Source: Methylococcaceae bacterium | GTDB lineage: Bacteria; Pseudomonadota; Gammaproteobacteria; Methylococcales; Methylomonadaceae | Reading direction: 5' to 3' | DNA length: 50,293 nt | Assembly (NCBI GenBank): GCA_049656545.1 | Contig: JBASLW010000084.1 | Span: 1-50,293, forward strand | Shown: piece after piece, positions 48,721 through 50,293 of the stretch | How the letters are laid out: every line of letters begins with the position of its first letter | Numbering within the stretch: the stretch's first letter is position 1 | The notes under the pieces: generated by a model | Told to the model about the DNA's origin: nothing | Seen by the model: only the letters and a program-made list of their open reading frames with translations | Databases searched by the model: none | Position numbers and translations under genes: made by a program

Positions 48721-50293
48721 TTAAAATTCTTCCCAATCATCACCAATACTGTTCACCGATGAAGTAACTGGTTTTGAAACGATGGATTTATTTGATTGTG
48801 ATGCGTTTGCCGCAGGTTTTGAAGCCATTACTTGATGTCGTGCTGAACCCGATTTTTTGCCAACACTAAAGAAATCAAGCAATTTTGTCATTCTCGCTGA
48901 TTGATCACTCATTGCCATACTACCTGCGGCGGCTTCTTCGGCTAATGCAGCATTTTGTTGGGTAATGTCGTCCATTTGTGCAATAGCTTGATTGACTTGA
49001 TTGATTCCCGCCGATTGTTCACTACTTGATAACGTAATATGTCCAACAATATCGCCCACTTTGGCAATACTATCGACAATTTCCATTAACGCTGCCCCTG
49101 TTTCATTTACAAATGCCGTGCCAGAACGCACTTTTTGAACACTATTTTGAATTAGCTCGCTACTTTGTGCGGCAGCATTCGCGCTACGTTGTGCTAAATT
49201 TCTGACTTCTGTTGCAACAACTGAAAAACCACGACCTTGTTCACCTGCTCTCGCGGCTTCAACGGACGCATTTAATGCTAACAAATTTGTTTGGAACGCA
49301 ATTTCATCAATCACACCAATAATTTCGGCAATTTTATTACTACTTTCATTGATTTCTTGCATCGCCATGATTGCTGAACGAACAACGTCACCACCTTTTT
49401 CAGCCAATTGTGTTGCTGATTGAACCACTTTTGTCGCTTGATTTGTATTTTCAGCATTACTTTTTACCGCACTCGACAATTCGTGCATACTCGCGGCGGT
49501 TTCTTCTAAACTTGCCGCTTGTTGTTCAACACGATGTGACAAATTGTTGTTACCACTTGCCATTTCTTGTGACGAATTATTGACAAATGCCGCCGCTTCA
49601 TGAATCTGAACAATCAACTCGCTAATTTTACTCATTGTGTTATTGATATTTTCTTTACATTCAGCGTAAGTACCTTGGTAATCGGCTTGTATAGAATCCG
49701 TTAAATCACCATTCGACATTTTTTCGACAACGCGATTGATTTCACTAAACGCATTCTCAATCACGTCTGTTAATTCATTGATGTTAATCGATAAGGCTTT
49801 AGCAAAACCCTCTTTGCCAACTAAATTGATTCTCGCATTAAGCTGACCCACTTTGATTGAATTCACCAAGTTTTGGATTTCATATTCAATTTGCGTTTCT
49901 TGAGTTCTATCAAGCCATTCTGCAACATACCCAATTCGCTCACCATTGTTTGTAATAACAGGTGTTGCAATCACTTGCATCACATGACCTGCCAACTTAA
50001 TTTCTATCGTTGCAGACGATTGCAAATTAAAAAGCAAATCTCGCTGATAAGTCGGATTTTTATGGAATATACTAAAATTTGTGCCTAACAATTGTGCGGC
50101 TTTAAAATTAGGTAATTCTTTTCTAATGTCATTTTCAGCGTTGATAAATAAATTTTTTGCCGCCTTATTGATATAAATAACTTCTAAATTTGAATTTGCA
50201 ATTAAAACGCTAGATTGAACGTTTTCTAAACCACTGATAATTCGTATCGAATCCGCTGTTGCTTGGCGCGAAGCACCTAAATCGCCACCTAAT
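48721..50293 (-). CDS. Aer2/McpB-like soluble chemoreceptor (PAS-heme, di-HAMP, MCP signalling domain, C-terminal DWEEF), 5' end outside window
   Basis: I translated the frame manually and it stays open to the window edge (...[49 protein letters not shown]...AEWLDRTQE). This matches the P. aeruginosa Aer2 PAS as I remember it, including the FHKNP His and a Trp exactly 49 residues later. Canonical tip [26 protein letters not shown]. Ends GDDWEEF. Confidence 0.85.
   Translation of the reverse strand, partial: LGGDLGASRQATADSIRIISGLENVQSSVLIANSNLEVIYINKAAKNLFINAENDIRKELPNFKAAQLLGTNFSIFHKNPTYQRDLLFNLQSSATIEIKLAGHVMQVIATPVITNNGERIGYVAEWLDRTQETQIEYEIQNLVNSIKVGQLNARINLVGKEGFAKALSININELTDVIENAFSEINRVVEKMSNGDLTDSIQADYQGTYAECKENINNTMSKISELIVQIHEAAAFVNNSSQEMASGNNNLSHRVEQQAASLEETAASMHELSSAVKSNAENTNQATKVVQSATQLAEKGGDVVRSAIMAMQEINESSNKIAEIIGVIDEIAFQTNLLALNASVEAARAGEQGRGFSVVATEVRNLAQRSANAAAQSSELIQNSVQKVRSGTAFVNETGAALMEIVDSIAKVGDIVGHITLSSSEQSAGINQVNQAIAQMDDITQQNAALAEEAAAGSMAMSDQSARMTKLLDFFSVGKKSGSARHQVMASKPAANASQSNKSIVSKPVTSSVNSIGDDWEEF

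Overview
This 50.3-kb window is almost fully coding and looks like low-GC (roughly 40% by eye) chromosome from a flagellated gammaproteobacterium; the exact taxon cannot be determined by eye. I saw no rRNA, tRNA, CRISPR array, IS element or integrase.

Gene content in order:
- motB(partial)-motA, a small DksA/TraR paralogue, trxB, aat, a GGDEF cyclase, and a sugar oxidoreductase/aminotransferase pair.
- An orphan secreted protein, then grpE-dnaK with sigma32-type promoters.
- A long co-directional minus-strand array: DEAD-box helicase, three glycan-modifying genes, msbA, dnaQ, serC, yebC, ruvCAB, ybgC-tolQRA, and a degenerate NtrC-like regulator.
- GAF-HD-GYP, an AI-2E transporter, a transmembrane MCP, recQ, REC-HD-GYP, gluQ-dksA, and a cobalamin lower-ligand/aminopropanol operon (Thr-P decarboxylase, cbiB, bluB).
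- A sensor kinase with a REC-GGDEF regulator, a stand-alone gatA, and a small secreted protein.

The most interesting region is 42.6-50.3 kb, a minus-strand Aer2-type (P. aeruginosa Che2 / F7-like) chemosensory operon. Its order is aer2-like heme-PAS MCP (ends in DWEEF), cheW, parA-like ATPase, acidic STAS protein, cheR, cheD, cheB, a 204-aa soluble protein with two MCP hairpin-tip-like motifs, and an ODP-like (flavodiiron-type metallo-beta-lactamase fold) protein. The ParA/STAS pair and the double-tip mini-receptor/ODP pair are non-canonical additions.

Other points worth a second look:
- A 201-aa bacterial protein carrying eukaryote-type GT29 sialyltransferase-like motifs, upstream of msbA.
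- An enhancer-binding-protein homologue lacking GAFTGA and the Walker B Asp, sitting where tolB-pal normally follows tolA.
- A perfect tandem 15-bp palindrome-containing repeat plus an orphan terminator upstream of the kinase operon.
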